Shown: positions 1 through 13,201, numbered from the stretch's first letter. The stretch is DNA of 64,000 nt from Octopus sinensis (GCF_006345805.1 NC_043001.1:56048001-56112000), one strand, 5' to 3'. The notes: generated by a model from the letters alone, not told the origin. Program-made: numbers and translations.

Positions 1-147
1 CACACTACACACACACATATGTATATGTATCTATGTGTGTGTATCTTCTTTTTGTGTTATGTCTCCTACCTCTGATTGACAACCGGTGCTGGTTTGTTTA
101 CGCCAAGCACCCCCACTCCCTGTGTGTGCGTATGCGTGTGTGTGTGT

Positions 148-380
148 TTCGAAACGCGGAGTAGCCGAAACAGGGACAACTGAAGAAAGGGAATATTCCT
201 TGTGTTGTATGTCCTGTACACTGTTTTACATTGTTTGAAAAAAATCCGCTTCCATGTTTTCGTTTCTCATTGTGTTCAACGTTTTTTTGGTGTCCTGTAC
301 CCATATATGCATGTATATATACATATAGATGTTGGTATGTACATATATGTATGTATATATGCATATATTTATATATTATT
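148..380 (+). repeat. Copy of a small repeat family also at 16380-17545, with hammerhead-like half motifs
   Basis: ttcgaaacgcggagtag...gggacaactgaagaaagg...gtcctgtacccatatatgcatgtatatatacatat matches 17295-17545. Confidence 0.75.
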
Positions 381-562
381 TTGTTATTATATATATATAT
401 AATTTGCTATTAAAGCCAGCAATTTTTCATGTTCGTGCTATATTATTCTTATACATATGTACATATATATTTCTGTGTACAAGGCCAGACACATACTAAC
501 ACATGCACACGCGCGCGCACACACACGTCCGTACATCTGCGTGTATTCATGTATGATGTCTG

Positions 563-602
<40 letters not shown>

Positions 603-684
603 ATATATATATATATGTCTGTGTATACACACACACAGATACATACCCACATACATACACACACACACACACACACATATATGT

Positions 685-841
685 AGGTGCAGACGTGGGT
701 GTGTGGTAAGAAGTTTGCTTCTCAACCATATGATTCCAAATTCAGTCCCACTGCGTGGGGCACCATGTATCTTCTACTATAACCCCAAGTCGACCAAAGC
801 TTTGATTGGGTTTGGTAGATGGAAACTGAAGAAAGCCCGTC

Positions 842-888
<47 letters not shown>

Positions 889-1092
889 ATATATATATTA
901 ATATACCTATGTGTATGCGTGGTGTTTTCTTTTTCCGACAACGCTGCTCGACAACCGGTGATGTTTTGTTTACGGTGGCAAAAGAGGCCGATAGAATAAG
1001 AACCAGACTGGAGTTATTTCGATTAAAACCTTTTCAAGACGGTGCCACGGCATGACCGTAATCTAATGACTGAAACAAGTAAAAGATAAAGG
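685..1092 (+). mobile_element. tRNA-derived SINE family A (internal microsatellite), full length
   Basis: Head gtgtggtaagaagtttgct...ttcagtcccactgcgtgg, body ending gaaagcccgtcg, (TA)n, 3' half acaaccggtg...aatgactgaaacaagtaaaaga; over 15 homologous copies in window. Confidence 0.85.
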
Positions 1093-1217
1093 ATATGTAT
1101 GCACGGTCATACACATAGCAACACACATAGCAGGGATTTGAACTTTCTCACCACGCTGGTGAGAATAAATAAGACGAAGTCCTAGTATAACGAATGACTC
1201 AATAAATCAACGCTGTG

Positions 1218-1425
1218 ACCTGGCAGAATCATTAGCACATCGGGTAAAATGCTTAGCGGTATTTCGTCCGTCTTTACGTTCTGAGTTCAAATGGCGCCGA
1301 GGGTGACTTTGCCTTTTATTCTTTCTGGTTGATAAAATAAATACGAGTTGTTCACTGGGGTCAATATAATCGTCTTAACCTATCCCCCGAATTTTCTGGC
1401 CTTGTGCTAAAATTTGAAATCAATA
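1218..1425 (+). mobile_element. SINE family B copy
   Basis: ctggcagaatcattagcac...ttctgagttcaaat...gactttgccttt; homologous to 40354-40584. Confidence 0.8.
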
Positions 1426-2399
1426 TTACCATAAATTTGACTCTCCTCTAAGTACTATTCCCCTCTACTCATCACTAAATGTATTTATGCCTAAATTTGC
1501 TTTAAAATAGCTTGAATTTAATATACACTCACTCATACACACATGTGTATGTATATGCGTGTGTATATATACATACTTATATACATACATAGTCTTAAAA
1601 AAAACAAATTTAGTCATTCTAGTACATGCGTCGAATGAAAGATTTTACATAAAATACAGACGCATATGCACACATTCATACAAATAAATACTTCTCTGTT
1701 CGTCTATTCAAACGTGTATATTTATCCATCAAAATATAAACCTCAGAAGTAAGCCATCCGTCCAACCTTCCACCTATTTTTCTTCCTTTACTACTTTCTA
1801 CTAACCACACATCCTGTGAAAGTCTCAAAATTTCGTTTCTTATCTCTCACAAAGTCAGTCACGTCTTATGTGTCCCCTTGACAATTATTTCTGCATCAAT
1901 GCTCCAGGGGACAGCACGTCATCTGTATGGAAGGTTGGATTTACAATCCCTTTCCTTTCTTTAGTGTTACTCTCTGTCTCTCTCTGTCTCTCTGTCTGTG
2001 TCTGTGCCTCTCCCTCTCTCCTTCTCTCTCCCACTCTCTCTCTGAGTCAGTGAGAGTTTTATTTGTAAAGGTTATTCTAAGAAGCTAAACCTGCTGAAAC
2101 TACACGTGGGAACCTCTGTCTGATCATTCAACATGCTAGTTATAGCAGTTAAAAACTCCCGCTAAAAGCTCTCGATGTTGGATAATGTGATCCTAAGTTC
2201 CTTGAAAATAGGATAAAAGACTGTATGGCCGCATTTGGAATGTCTTATGGCTACTCAACAGCCAGGAGGTAGCTCCTTCTGCTAGGAAGAGCAGCCAAAT
2301 CGCATTCAACTTATAAACTATATTGTTTAAAAATGCAGAATAGAAACATTGAATGATATAGTTCTAGTTACGTTATATAGCAGGCTGTAAAAGGGGAGA

Positions 2400-2840
2400 G
2401 TAAGTCGTCCCTTCCATCTGTACACTGGGATAGTACCTTGGACAAATGATAGCAACCCCTTAGCCTCCTGTACCAGGGATACGGCGAAGACGTCGGAAGC
2501 CGGACGTTGGATAAACGACGAAGTGGAGGAGACCTAGACCAACGGCTTGAAAGTTATTGTGGGCAAGCGGAAGATTTGTGCCATCAAACAACGGTTGGGA
2601 GTCAACTAGTATGTGAGCTGCTTCTGCGGAGCAGCCTTATCATCGCCCATGCTCGTTGCACACTTGTGCACCACTTGGTACTTGATGTGAAGTCCCAGAG
2701 AACCAGTCTGGTGGGAGTGGAGGACGACATCAGTTGCCTTACCGTCCAAAGGCGTTTTGTTTAGAGATCTGAACAGAACATTGAACAACAACCTACAACG
2801 GATAGCCGACGCCGATGTCTGGAAAACAAAACAAGATGGT
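2400..2840 (+). mobile_element. Possible RTE-type LINE 5' UTR remnant
   Basis: GC-richer unique block (ggatacggcgaagac...ggataaacgacgaag) resembling RTE 5' UTRs from memory; no ORF. Confidence 0.3.
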
Positions 2841-4069
2841 CGGATGACTACAACTGGGATGCAAATTGTAAGAATCGTGAGAGCAAAGGTTAAAACATCT
2901 TGCGGTATTTGTTCTGGAACTCAGTGCTCTAAGTTCCAATCTCGCCTTTCGTCTTTTCGAGGCGAATGAAAAAAAGAAGGGGAGCGAAATGAAGAATTGT
3001 TTCAGTGTTGGACTAGATACCTTGTGGTATTTGTTTAAGCTCTTAGTGAGTTCTTAATCAGTCACATCGTTTAACACTTCCTTCTAGTCGGTACATTCGG
3101 GAGAAGTTAACTCCGTTGTAAGCATTCGAGTGGATTATTTCCGTTCTTCATCCCTCCAGTTTCGGTTATCTTGAAAAGAAAAAAGAATTACGAACGCATC
3201 CTACTGTATTGATAAACAACAGTTGGATAAGGCAGTCCTTGTTACTCTGAATAAGACCAAAAAAGAGGGTAAGTTCATAACCGTGATAGATTTAACCAGA
3301 TATATCAGCTCAAGAAATGTGAGCCTGCTTTAAATAGCAAAATAAATGCCGCTATGAAAGCGAATAAAAAGTGAGAGAGCTTAGGGAGGAGGAAATGAAC
3401 CCATGCCTCGATTATTAATGCGTTGTTACTTTAGTATAAGCTAATTTGAAAGACTGTCTCGTGCCTTCAGGCCTCTTGGACCAGAGCTTATTCCGGTTTC
3501 CGTGACGTTTAAGCGACTGAGAATTTAAGAATTTCCTCCAGCATGAACGAGACGTCAGTCGCTGAGTAACTCTCCAGCAGTTGTTGGTACTCATATTCAG
3601 CTAAGTATGGCTAAAGCAACGCACAATGACGAGCATTGTTCAAGAACATGATCCATCGCAAGATGGTAGAATCTTCCACCAAGCGATCGTGAACTCAACA
3701 TCCAAATCACTACGCCATGCATCTTCACCTATATATGAATATAGGGATATGCAAGGTAGATAAAAAGCGAGAGCTACCACGGGGAGCCTGCATGCGGTCA
3801 CTCGGCCTGTTAGAAATAACATAGCATTATAGTTAATAGCGGAAGCACATATCTGATATATTTACTTCCTTGGGCCCTCAACTCCTGCTTCAGTCGTAAG
3901 GGTATCGCCTCGATTTCCGACATGCAATGTACATTTTTAAACCTGGTCGGAACACAAATGATTACTTAGAAGGCGAGAGAAGTATAAACGCGCGCGCGCG
4001 CACACACACACACATACATAGCACCTAGACGCTGAGCACGACTATTAAGCCATGCGCCTTTACTATGTT

Positions 4070-4412
4070 GTGAATGGCACATGGCTCACTGGTTAGAGCG
4101 CCAGGCTTGCAATCGTGAGATTGTGGGTTCGATTCGCGAAGTGGTTTGTGCGTTGTGTTCTTGAGCAAGACACTTTATTTTATGCTGGTCCAGTTCACTC
4201 AGCTATAGAAAATGAGTTGCGATGTCACAGGTGCCAAGTTGTATCGGCCTCCGCTTTTCCCTTGGACAACATTTGTGGTGTGGAGAGGGGAGGCTGGTAT
4301 GCATGGACGACTGTTGGTCTTCCATAAACAACCTTGCCCGGACTTGTGCCTCGAAGGGGAACTTTCTAGGTGCAATCCCACGGTTATTCCTGACCGAAAG
4401 AGTTCTTTACCC
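4070..4412 (+). mobile_element. tRNA-derived SINE with CORE-like domain (OR-type octopus SINE)
   Basis: Box A tggctcactgg, box B ggttcgattc, CORE-like tgtgttcttgagcaagacacttta; 3' half shared with 37259-37425. Confidence 0.75.
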
Positions 4413-4542
4413 TATACGTACATACATACATGTATGTATTTATATATATATATATATATATAATATATATATATATATAATATATATATATATATATAAT
4501 ATATATATCCTTATGTATGTGTATCTATCTATCTATCTATCT

Positions 4543-4605
<63 letters not shown>

Positions 4606-4651
4606 GTCTGTCTATCTATCTATGATATACATATATATATATATATTCATT

Positions 4652-4690
4652 TCCCTTCTGTAGAAGAGCGTAGGCTCGAAACGTCAAAGC
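4652..4690 (+). ncRNA. Minimal type I hammerhead-like motif, degenerate core
   Basis: ctgtaga-a-gagc-gtag-gctc-gaaa-cg-tc: perfect 4 bp stem II, palindromic ACGT stem III, GUC site; CUGANGA has A6 changed to U. Confidence 0.55.
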
Positions 4691-4857
4691 GTACTATTTT
4701 TCCTGCTTGTTCTTCCTCACCTGTCTCTTGTCATTTGTTTTTTTTTGTATCATTTCGAAGGACACACAGACACACGCACGCACGCTCACACACACACATG
4801 CACGCACACAGACATGTATATATGTTATAGAACTCCTGTTCTTTTGCCATTTATTAA

Positions 4858-5075
4858 TTGATATTGGTTTTAAATTTTGACACAAGGCCAGCAATTTCAG
4901 CGGACGGGTTAAGTCAGTTACATCAACTTCAGTGCTCAACTGGTACGTAATTTATCGACCCCGAAGAACGAAAGGCAAAGTAGACTTCAGAAGGGACTCA
5001 GAACATAAAGCCGGAAGAAATGTTGCTAAAAATTCGGTCCGGCACAATAACGAATCTGCCAGCTCTTCACCTTCA
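4858..5075 (-). mobile_element. SINE family B copy
   Basis: Reverse-complement match (ctggtac...ttatcgaccccga...aaaggcaaag...ctgccagctc). Confidence 0.8.
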
Positions 5076-5427
5076 TTCATTACTTAATATTACGCTCTGT
5101 ACTCAAGTATATGGAGTTCTAACTAGTTATTCCTATCGCTACGCCTAAGCGAAATAACAATATGTAATACACATACATACATACATACATACATACATAC
5201 ATACATACATACATACATACATGCATGCATGCATGCATACATACATACATACATACATACATACATACATACATACGTATAATTATATATATAATTATTT
5301 CTTCCTTTTTGTAATATCTCGAAGCGTACGCACAAAGCTATAGAAACGTATCAATATATAATTACATTTACATGTTTTGGAAAATACATTTTCGTATTCT
5401 TAAAGTTCGTTTCATGTTTTACCATCC

Positions 5428-6500
5428 AGAGCAGAAGGTCGAAATACTATGGCCCGCGACCTCATTTCATCCGTTCTGCGTCTACATTTTCATCCCACCC
5501 CGACGAATTTCATTCAATATGTGACGTCGAATTGTTTTATCCATCTCTGGCGAGCGAACAATAAAATTCAGAATCGATAGATAAACCAACTATTTTATTA
5601 TTGGTATAGTCTCAAATAAATCAATATTTTATATTAATTTAAATAAATATATAGATAATAAACATATCGATATCCCTCCACTTGGTTAAAGAAAAAAAAA
5701 AATAAAACGTCTCCATGTGAGGGATTTTAAACAGTAAATGTTTTTATATGCCTAAATGAATAGAAGAGCTACAGGAATTAACATTATTCCAGCCGCTGCT
5801 GCTATACACGAATAATCCATTGTTACAAAGATGGGCGTGATTAAACTTTTTCCTTACTCAGTGAGGGAAAACTGGGAAACTAGTCAGTGCTATATTTAGT
5901 TTAAAGTCACAGTCGTCTCTATTCACTCTCGCTACATAATTTGAATCCCGCACTGTATGCTTTGTCATACATGGAACATAACAATTTTGACATCATTAAC
6001 TATGTAATGCTTCCCACTTTGCAACAGGTGATTTAAAAAAAAATTCACTGGTTTTATAAGGACCAATAAAAAATTTATACTCTGGCAGTCACTTAGGCTA
6101 TATAAAGCAAAACTATTTTTGAAAAATGCTTCTTTTACTCAGCACTTGGCAGTTTGAGCAGCTGTCCGCCCTTATACTTTCTATCTTGACATTGTTGAAA
6201 GTTGCACATAATTGAATTGGCCTTTTGTCCACTCACATTTTCAGCTATCTCAAATAACAAGACACGTTTAAGCTGAATGAGAAACGAAATTGCCGAATCA
6301 CTTTTCGTCAGGTCACGTTTGCAAATAAAACTGTTTTCTACAACACACGATCAAAATATTTGATTTTATAAACATGAAAATATCTATAAAACATTCTCTA
6401 CAACATGTTTTATATAATCCTTGCTGTAATTAATGTTGTCATTTGAAACCGGTTATATTTCTGTGTATGCATTGTTGTGAGAACACGTGCTGCTTTACTA
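5428..6500 (-). mobile_element. Possible very old hAT (Charlie-like) remnant
   Basis: Terminus with tactatggcccgcg typical of Charlie-type ends; only faint transposase-like traces. Confidence 0.3.
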
Positions 6501-6579
6501 TTCTGAATTAAAATAAATTTTTGAAAGGAAATTTTTAAATGATAAAGATAGATGTAGAAGACTGATTCATAAGGCCACA

Positions 6580-6985
6580 AGAAAAGGGGAGAAAATTGGC
6601 TCTGAATGTCACGTCTTTAAACAAAATTGGGAGCGGAAGCATTTTGTAACTGAAATGAATAAATAAAGATATAAATAAAGCGCACACGTACACAAAAATA
6701 AACCAAAAACCAAACCCAAGCGCTGTGCGCAAAATACAATGAGGCAACTGCAGTGCTAAATGTATATAATAAACGTACATTTTCTCGCCCCCTGCCAACA
6801 CTCACCTGCAACGAATGCTCTCAGCTCTTTTAAACCGCCCTTGGCCTGAACAACCACCTCAGGCACCGGCAGCCTCCGCACCCATCAAGATTAAAAAGCC
6901 CAGTTACTCGCTACAGATTAACTACTTACATATGAGTTGATGCCGTCGCCGCCGCTGCCGCAGCCACCTCCACCGACGACGACAA
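6580..6985 (+). pseudogene. RTE-clade LINE 3' end with C-terminal zinc finger
   Basis: 6792 onward translates LPTLTCNECSQLF*TALGLNNHLRHR; followed by short 3' UTR ending gagttgatgcc plus trinucleotide tail. Confidence 0.65.
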
Positions 6986-7329
6986 GGTATGCATTAACAA
7001 ACGAAACACGCATCTTGATATTCTCATCTAACAGAAAAGTTAAGTTCTGAAAAATATAAGGGTTGAAACTAATGATTTAATCCTAGTAGTTGTGATACAC
7101 AAGAGTCACTGTGCTATGAGTTCAAATTCTGCCATTTTGAACATCGTTTCTCATCCTTTCAGGAAGGATAAATAAAGTACAAGCCCAATGCTAGTGTATC
7201 TCACCCTGTTTTCACCTGTCACGTCACGGTTATCCCACTGGATCAAGAGTGTGAGGACTGTGAGGGTATTTGTGTCTGCTCGCAAACTATATGGGTGCCT
7301 AAATATTTGGGGAAAGCATGGTACATGCT

Positions 7330-7636
7330 GTGGAGGCACATGGCCTAGTGGTTAGAGCAGCGGACTCGCAGTCGAGGGATCATAAGCACACACATCTCAG
7401 ACCGGGCGATGTGTGTGTTTATGAGCGAAATACCTAAGCTCCACGCGGCTCCGGCAGAAGGTAATGGCGAACTTCTGCTTACTTTTTCGCCACAACTTTC
7501 TCTCACTCTATCTTCCTGCATCTTGCAGCTCACCTGCGACGGATCGGCGTCCTGTCCAGGTGGGGAACCTATACGCCAAGAAACCGAGAAACTGGCCCTA
7601 TGAGCCAGGCGTGGCTCGAGAAGGAACAAACAACAA
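7330..7636 (+). mobile_element. tRNA(Arg)-like-headed SINE with 13 bp target-site duplication
   Basis: Box A tggcctagtgg, (aac)n tail, TSD catggtacatgct at 7317-7329 and 7637-7649. Confidence 0.85.
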
Positions 7637-7749
7637 CATGGTACATGCTATCAAGTCTCTCTCTCTCTTTCTCTCTCTCTACACACACACGCGTGCGCAT
7701 ACACACACGCACAAAGCGATGTTGTCTATGAGCCAAATCCCGTTCCCAA

Positions 7750-8170
7750 GCAAATCAGAAATATAAAACAACAGCGGCCAGTTCATCAGTTCTCTGCCTT
7801 TCCCATCATCACCATCGATGACAATAACCTGATAGATAAAAAGACCTTCACATATCTGGGGAGCAGAATGAACACAAGTGCTTCTCTTGATATTGAAACA
7901 GTCACCATATATAATGCAAGTTACAAATGCTTCGGCAAAGTTTGTCATCGACTGTGCGATGAATGGCGAATGTCATTAGAAACTCAAAGTTATGACTGCT
8001 AAGCTGAATTCCTCTCGTCTTACCTGTGCGGATCGGAAACTTGGAACCCCTATCAATTCCCTCTCGATCACTTACAATCAGCTTCATGTCTTTCATAAGC
8101 GATGCCCACGGGCCGTTTGTGGATACAGCCTGGATAGCAGACTTTTGAATATTGACCTATTCTCTTGCTA
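7750..8170 (+). pseudogene. RTE-clade LINE reverse transcriptase C-terminal fragment
   Basis: Translates PIITIDDNNL..KTFTYLGS..FGKVCHRL..LCGSETW..LHVFHKRCPRAV with stop and frameshift. Confidence 0.8.
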
Positions 8171-8411
8171 CCCTGAGTTCCACCTGTGGATGTACACAGT
8201 TTGAGTAACCCCGCAAGTGAAAGTCAGAGTAGCAAGAGACTGACTTGACCAAAACTAAACACACACACACACACACACACACCATATAGTTATAAGTACC
8301 GCCACTCTTTATGTCTGTCTTTGTATTGTCCCTCTCAGTATTCTCTCTGGTGGCCAATAAAAGAAATCATCATCATCATCATCATCATCGTCGTCGTCGT
8401 TATTATTATCA

Positions 8412-8466
<55 letters not shown>

Positions 8467-8468
8467 CA

Positions 8469-8830
8469 TTACCTCTACTTTGGTGAAGGCGGAGGTATTG
8501 TTTTCAGTCGTGTTTGTTTGTTTGTCCATGGACAAGATATCTCAAGAACCACTGGATGGATTCGGATGAAACTTTCAGGGATGTTTGGCCTCGTGACTGG
8601 CATAAACTGATTAGATTTTGGGATCGATTCGGTACCGGACAAGGTTTCTGGATTATTTTTCTGTTTTTTTTTTTCCTTTTTTACTTAATTTTTGAGAGCG
8701 GTCGGGTTTATTTTTAATATTCTCGTTTATGAGAGCAATCGAGTTCATTTCAGATATTCTCATTTTAAAAATCAGCTCCAGCTAATCGTTGAAAGGACGT
8801 TAGTGTTGCCTTGGCGGAGGTTTGCGCTCT
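8469..8830 (+). mobile_element. Helentron-associated non-autonomous element (HINE/DINE-like)
   Basis: 5' tacctc...aaggcggaggta hairpin/subterminal repeat, (gttt)n, core ggattcggatgaaactttcagg, 3' ccttggcggaggtttgcgctct. Confidence 0.65.
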
Positions 8831-8873
8831 ATCATCATCATCATCATCATCATCGTCATCGTTATCGTCGTCG

Positions 8874-8912
<39 letters not shown>

Positions 8913-8931
8913 TATTATTATTATTATTATT

Positions 8932-9140
8932 TAAGGATGCGCGCTGGCAGAATCGTTAGCCGCCGGATGGAATGCTTAGCGGTATTTCGTTTTTCGCTAC
9001 TTTCTGAGTTCAAATTCCGCCGAGGTCGACTTTAACCCTTTCGAGGTCGATTAAATAAGCTCCTGTTACGCACTGGAGTCGATGTAAACGGCTCAATCCC
9101 TTCCCTCAAATTAGAGACCTTGTGCTTTCAGTAGAAAGAA
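8932..9140 (+). mobile_element. SINE family B copy
   Basis: gctggcagaatcgttagc...ttctgagttcaaattccgccgaggtcgac. Confidence 0.8.
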
Positions 9141-9282
9141 TTATAATTAATATTATTATTGTTATAATTTTATTGGTTGTAATGAATCTTTTCGTTTGTA
9201 ATCCCAACTGAAACGAATTAGTAGTGGGGGTCAGAATGAACGGTAGCGGCATTCCAAAGCTCTTATGTCTAGCCAGTGTGAG

Positions 9283-9354
9283 GTGTTGGTGGTGTAACAG
9301 TTAGCATACTTGCCTTCCAAGCAGTCGATTCAGGTTCGACACCCGGTCGACGCA
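9283..9354 (+). tRNA. tRNA-Gly(TCC), probably a pseudogene
   Basis: 72 nt gtgttggtggtgtaacagttagcatacttgccttccaagcagtcgattcaggttcgacacccggtcgacgca is colinear with animal tRNA-Gly-TCC; anticodon 9316-9318; mismatches in D loop, anticodon stem and T stem; no oligo-T terminator. Confidence 0.8.
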
Positions 9355-9366
9355 TCAGTTAATCAT

Positions 9367-9536
9367 GGGCGCAGGCGTGACTGTATGGTAAAAAAGTTGT
9401 TTCCCAACCACATGGCTCCGAGTTCAGTCCTACTGCGTAGCACCTTGGCTAAGTGTCTTCAACCATAGTCTTGCACGGACCGAAGCCTTGTGAGTGTATC
9501 TGGTTGACTGAAACTAAAAAAAAAAAGAAACCCGTC

Positions 9537-9578
<42 letters not shown>

Positions 9579-9684
9579 GTATATATGAGAGGATTTGGTA
9601 TTCAGAAGACCCAAAATGGCAGGTTAGGCTATGTAAGTACTACGGTAGGACCGTAGTTACACTTCCGGTTCGATAATAGTATGT

Positions 9685-9728
<44 letters not shown>

Positions 9729-9955
9729 CTTTGTGTCTGTATATCTGTGTATCTGTGTATGTCCTCACCACCGCTTGACAACAGGTGTTGGTGTGTTTAC
9801 GTTCTTGTAACTCAGCGAATCGCCGATAAGACATGGATAGGATGAGTACTAGGTTTAAAAATAAGTATTGTGGTCGATTTGTTCGACTAAAACCCTCCAA
9901 GGTGGTGTTCCAAGATGGCCGTAGTCAAATGACGGAAATAAGCAAAGGGTAAACG
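9367..9955 (+). mobile_element. SINE family A, interrupted in its microsatellite
   Basis: Head 9367-9540 and 3' half 9750-9955 separated by (TA)n and ~100 bp unrelated DNA. Confidence 0.8.
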
Positions 9956-10087
9956 ATAATACCAGTTCCATGATGGAAGGAGAAGAGTAGAAAGACTCTG
10001 GTTGAACTACAAAGAAAAGTTCAAAGCTAACCTCGGAGACAAGGCTTCCCCCGGAAATAATATATATATATATATATATACACAGAC

Positions 10088-10133
<46 letters not shown>

Positions 10134-10134
<1 letters not shown>

Positions 10135-10505
10135 TCTTTTACTATTTTACTTGTTTCAATTATTTGATTGCGGTCATGCTGGAACACTGCCTTTAGCCGA
10201 AAAATCGACCCCCAGGACATATTCTTTGTAAGTCTAGTACTTATTCTATCGGTTACTTTTGCCGAATCGCTAAGTTACAGGGACGTAAATACACCAACAT
10301 CGGTTTTCAAGCGATGGTGGAGGCACAAACACAGACACACAAATACATGCATACACACACACACATATATATATACGACGGGCTTCTTTCAATTTCCCTC
10401 TACTAAATCCACTCACAAGGCCTTGGTGGGTCCGAGGACACAGTAGAAGACACTTGCCGAAGGTGCTATGCCGTGGAACTGAATCCGGAACCATGTGGTT
10501 GGGAA
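10134..10505 (-). mobile_element. SINE family A copy
   Basis: Reverse-complement match over both halves. Confidence 0.85.
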
Positions 10506-11114
10506 GTATATAGTATATAGTATGTCTATATCTATTATGTATATGTATATATCATAGAGATATGTGTATATCTATATATGTATATACATACAGAGCTATG
10601 TTTATATCTATATATGTATATACATATACATACGTACATGCATATATACATTCATGCATACCTGCATACATACACACTTACATACACATACACACACGCA
10701 CTCTCTCAGACACACAATATGCCTGAAAAATGATGTGATCATAGGTATACTCGATCATGGTTAACACGAGTCTTAACAAAATCAACGACGACGACGACGA
10801 CGACGACGACGACCACCACCACCACCACCACCACCACCACCATTACCACCACCATTACCACCACTACCACCACCACGACGGCGACGGCGGCGACGTTGCC
10901 ACTCCTACTGCTATGTCTTATTTTGATTTTCTATTTTCACTTTCGATTAAGTTAGAATGATGTTTTATTAAATACGTAAACATCGCATATCACAATCGTT
11001 CTGAGAGTATGTGTGTGTGTGTGTGTTCGTGTCTGTGTGTGAGTGTCCGTGTGACCGCGTGTATACGCGTATCTATATATGCACTGTGTCCGTGTGAGCG
11101 TGTGTATGCGTTTG

Positions 11115-11515
11115 TGATGGCGGTATAAACAGTGATTGGGATGGTGATATTTGTAATAGTGATGGTACTGATAATACTAGTCGTATGGATAATGGTGATG
11201 ATGTTGGTGGTGATGATGTTGGTGGTGATTATGGTGTTACTGATTATGGTGCTGGCGTTGGCTTTGGTGGTTGTGTTGGTGTTAGTGATGGCTGTGATAA
11301 TGGTGGTGGTGGTGGTTATCGCTTATAGTTGCCTTGTGGTGGTGTTGTTGGTGTTGTTGGCGATGGTATTGGTGGTAGTAATGGTAGTGCTTTTGGTTTT
11401 CATAGTTTTGCAGGTGTTGATGGTAGCGATAACGATGTTGCTGACGAAAGTGGTAGTAGCTAGTAGTGGAGATGGTGGTGATGGTGGTAGTAGTTAGTGG
11501 TTGTGATGGTGGTAG
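11115..11515. repeat. Degenerate (GGT/GAT/GTT)n low-complexity tract
   Basis: Trinucleotide periodicity, G/T strand bias. Confidence 0.85.
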
Positions 11516-11750
11516 TACAGAATGTAGCATAAAGACCTCCCGCGTTTTCTGAGTTGACAAACATTTCAACAACAAACACACGGGGTGTGCCAGTCCAGAC
11601 CATGATAGCGCAGAGGTTGCGGGGTAATCCACATGGTTCCGGGTTCAGTCTCATTGCGTGGCACCTTGGGTAAGTATCTTCTACTATAACGTCAAGCCGA
11701 CCAAAGCCTTTTGAGAGGATTTATTAGACAGAAACTGAAAGAAGGGCGTC

Positions 11751-11838
<88 letters not shown>

Positions 11839-11839
<1 letters not shown>

Positions 11840-12008
11840 GGCGCAGGCGTGGATGTGTGGTAAGTAGCTTGCTTACCAACCACATGGTTCTGGTTCAGTC
11901 CCACTGAGTGGCACCTTGGGCAGGTGTTTTCTACTATAGCCTCTGGCGGACCAAAGTCTTGTGAGTGGACTTGGTAGATGGAAACTGAAAGAAGCCCGTC
12001 ATATATAC

Positions 12009-12074
<66 letters not shown>

Positions 12075-12291
12075 ATATATATTTATGTGTGTATGTTTTA
12101 TGTCTGTGTTTGTCCCCCACCACAATCGTTTGACAACCGATATTGGTGTGTTTACGTCCCTATAACTTAGCGGATAGAATAAGTACTAGGCTTACAAAGA
12201 ATAAGTCGTGGGGTGTCAACTTGTTCGACGAAAGGCGGTGCTCCAGCATGGCCGCAGTCAAATGACTTAAACAAATAAAAGAATAAAAGAA
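11839..12291 (+). mobile_element. SINE family A full copy, flanked by an extra head (11630-11755) and an extra 3' half (12300-12510)
   Basis: ggcgcaggcgtggatgtgtggtaagtagcttgc...gtcaaatgacttaaacaaataaaaga. Confidence 0.85.
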
Positions 12292-13129
12292 TATATACGC
12301 GTGTTTTTGTGCTTGTGTTTGTCCTCACTACACCGCTTGACAACCGGTGTTACTGTGTTTACATCCCCGTAACTTAGCGGTTCAGAAAAAGAGACCGATA
12401 AAATAAGTATCAGGCTTAAAAACAAAAAAAGTTTTGGGGGTCGATTCATTCGACTAAAAATTCTTCATGGTGGTGCCCCAAATTGCTGAAACAAGTAAAA
12501 ACAAAAAATATAAAAAAAAAGAAGAAAAAGGATAAATAAAACACCATTAGCACCTGCCTAACTATATTAGGTAGTATGCATCGCAACAAGAAGAGTGGGT
12601 GTTTTTTCTGCCGCACCAGTCGTAGCCATATTGAAAGAGTTGGTTGGTCGGTTTGTTATAGTCGTTGTCATGACAGTTAATGTTGGTATAGATGGGTGTT
12701 TTGCCGGTCGGCCCGAGAGATTTTGTCTGTTCTGCTGCTATGATGCTGCTATACTGCTGCTGTACAGCTGCTGTAGTGCTGTTGAAGTGTTTGCTGCTGT
12801 GGTGCTTGCTGCTGTAGAGTTATGCGCTGTTTACAACAACGGAAATTGATTGGGTGGGCTACTTTCACTTTCGGGGTATTTTCGGTCGGTAGAAGAGTGT
12901 TAGTTAGGGACTGGAATGACAATGTAAGAGAGGGAGATGTAGGAAGGAAGGGAGGGAAGGAGAGAAAAGGAGGAGAGAGGGGAAGGAGAGTGAGAGGGAG
13001 GAGAGAGAGGGTGGGGAGTGAGGAGGCGGAGTAACGGTGACTGTTTAAATATGTCGTAGCTTCGGACAGAAATGGCAATATAGGGGAGATATTGACAGAT
13101 AGAGATACAAATAGATAGATGGATAGAAC

Positions 13130-13201
<72 letters not shown>

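Noticed and set aside
6792-6870. Host C2H2 zinc-finger gene exon
   Set aside because: Single finger with an in-frame stop followed by an RTE-like tail; better explained as a LINE 3' end
11132-11497. Hydrophobic multi-TM-looking ORF
   Set aside because: Val/Met/Leu content comes from the GTG/ATG/TTG repeat frame
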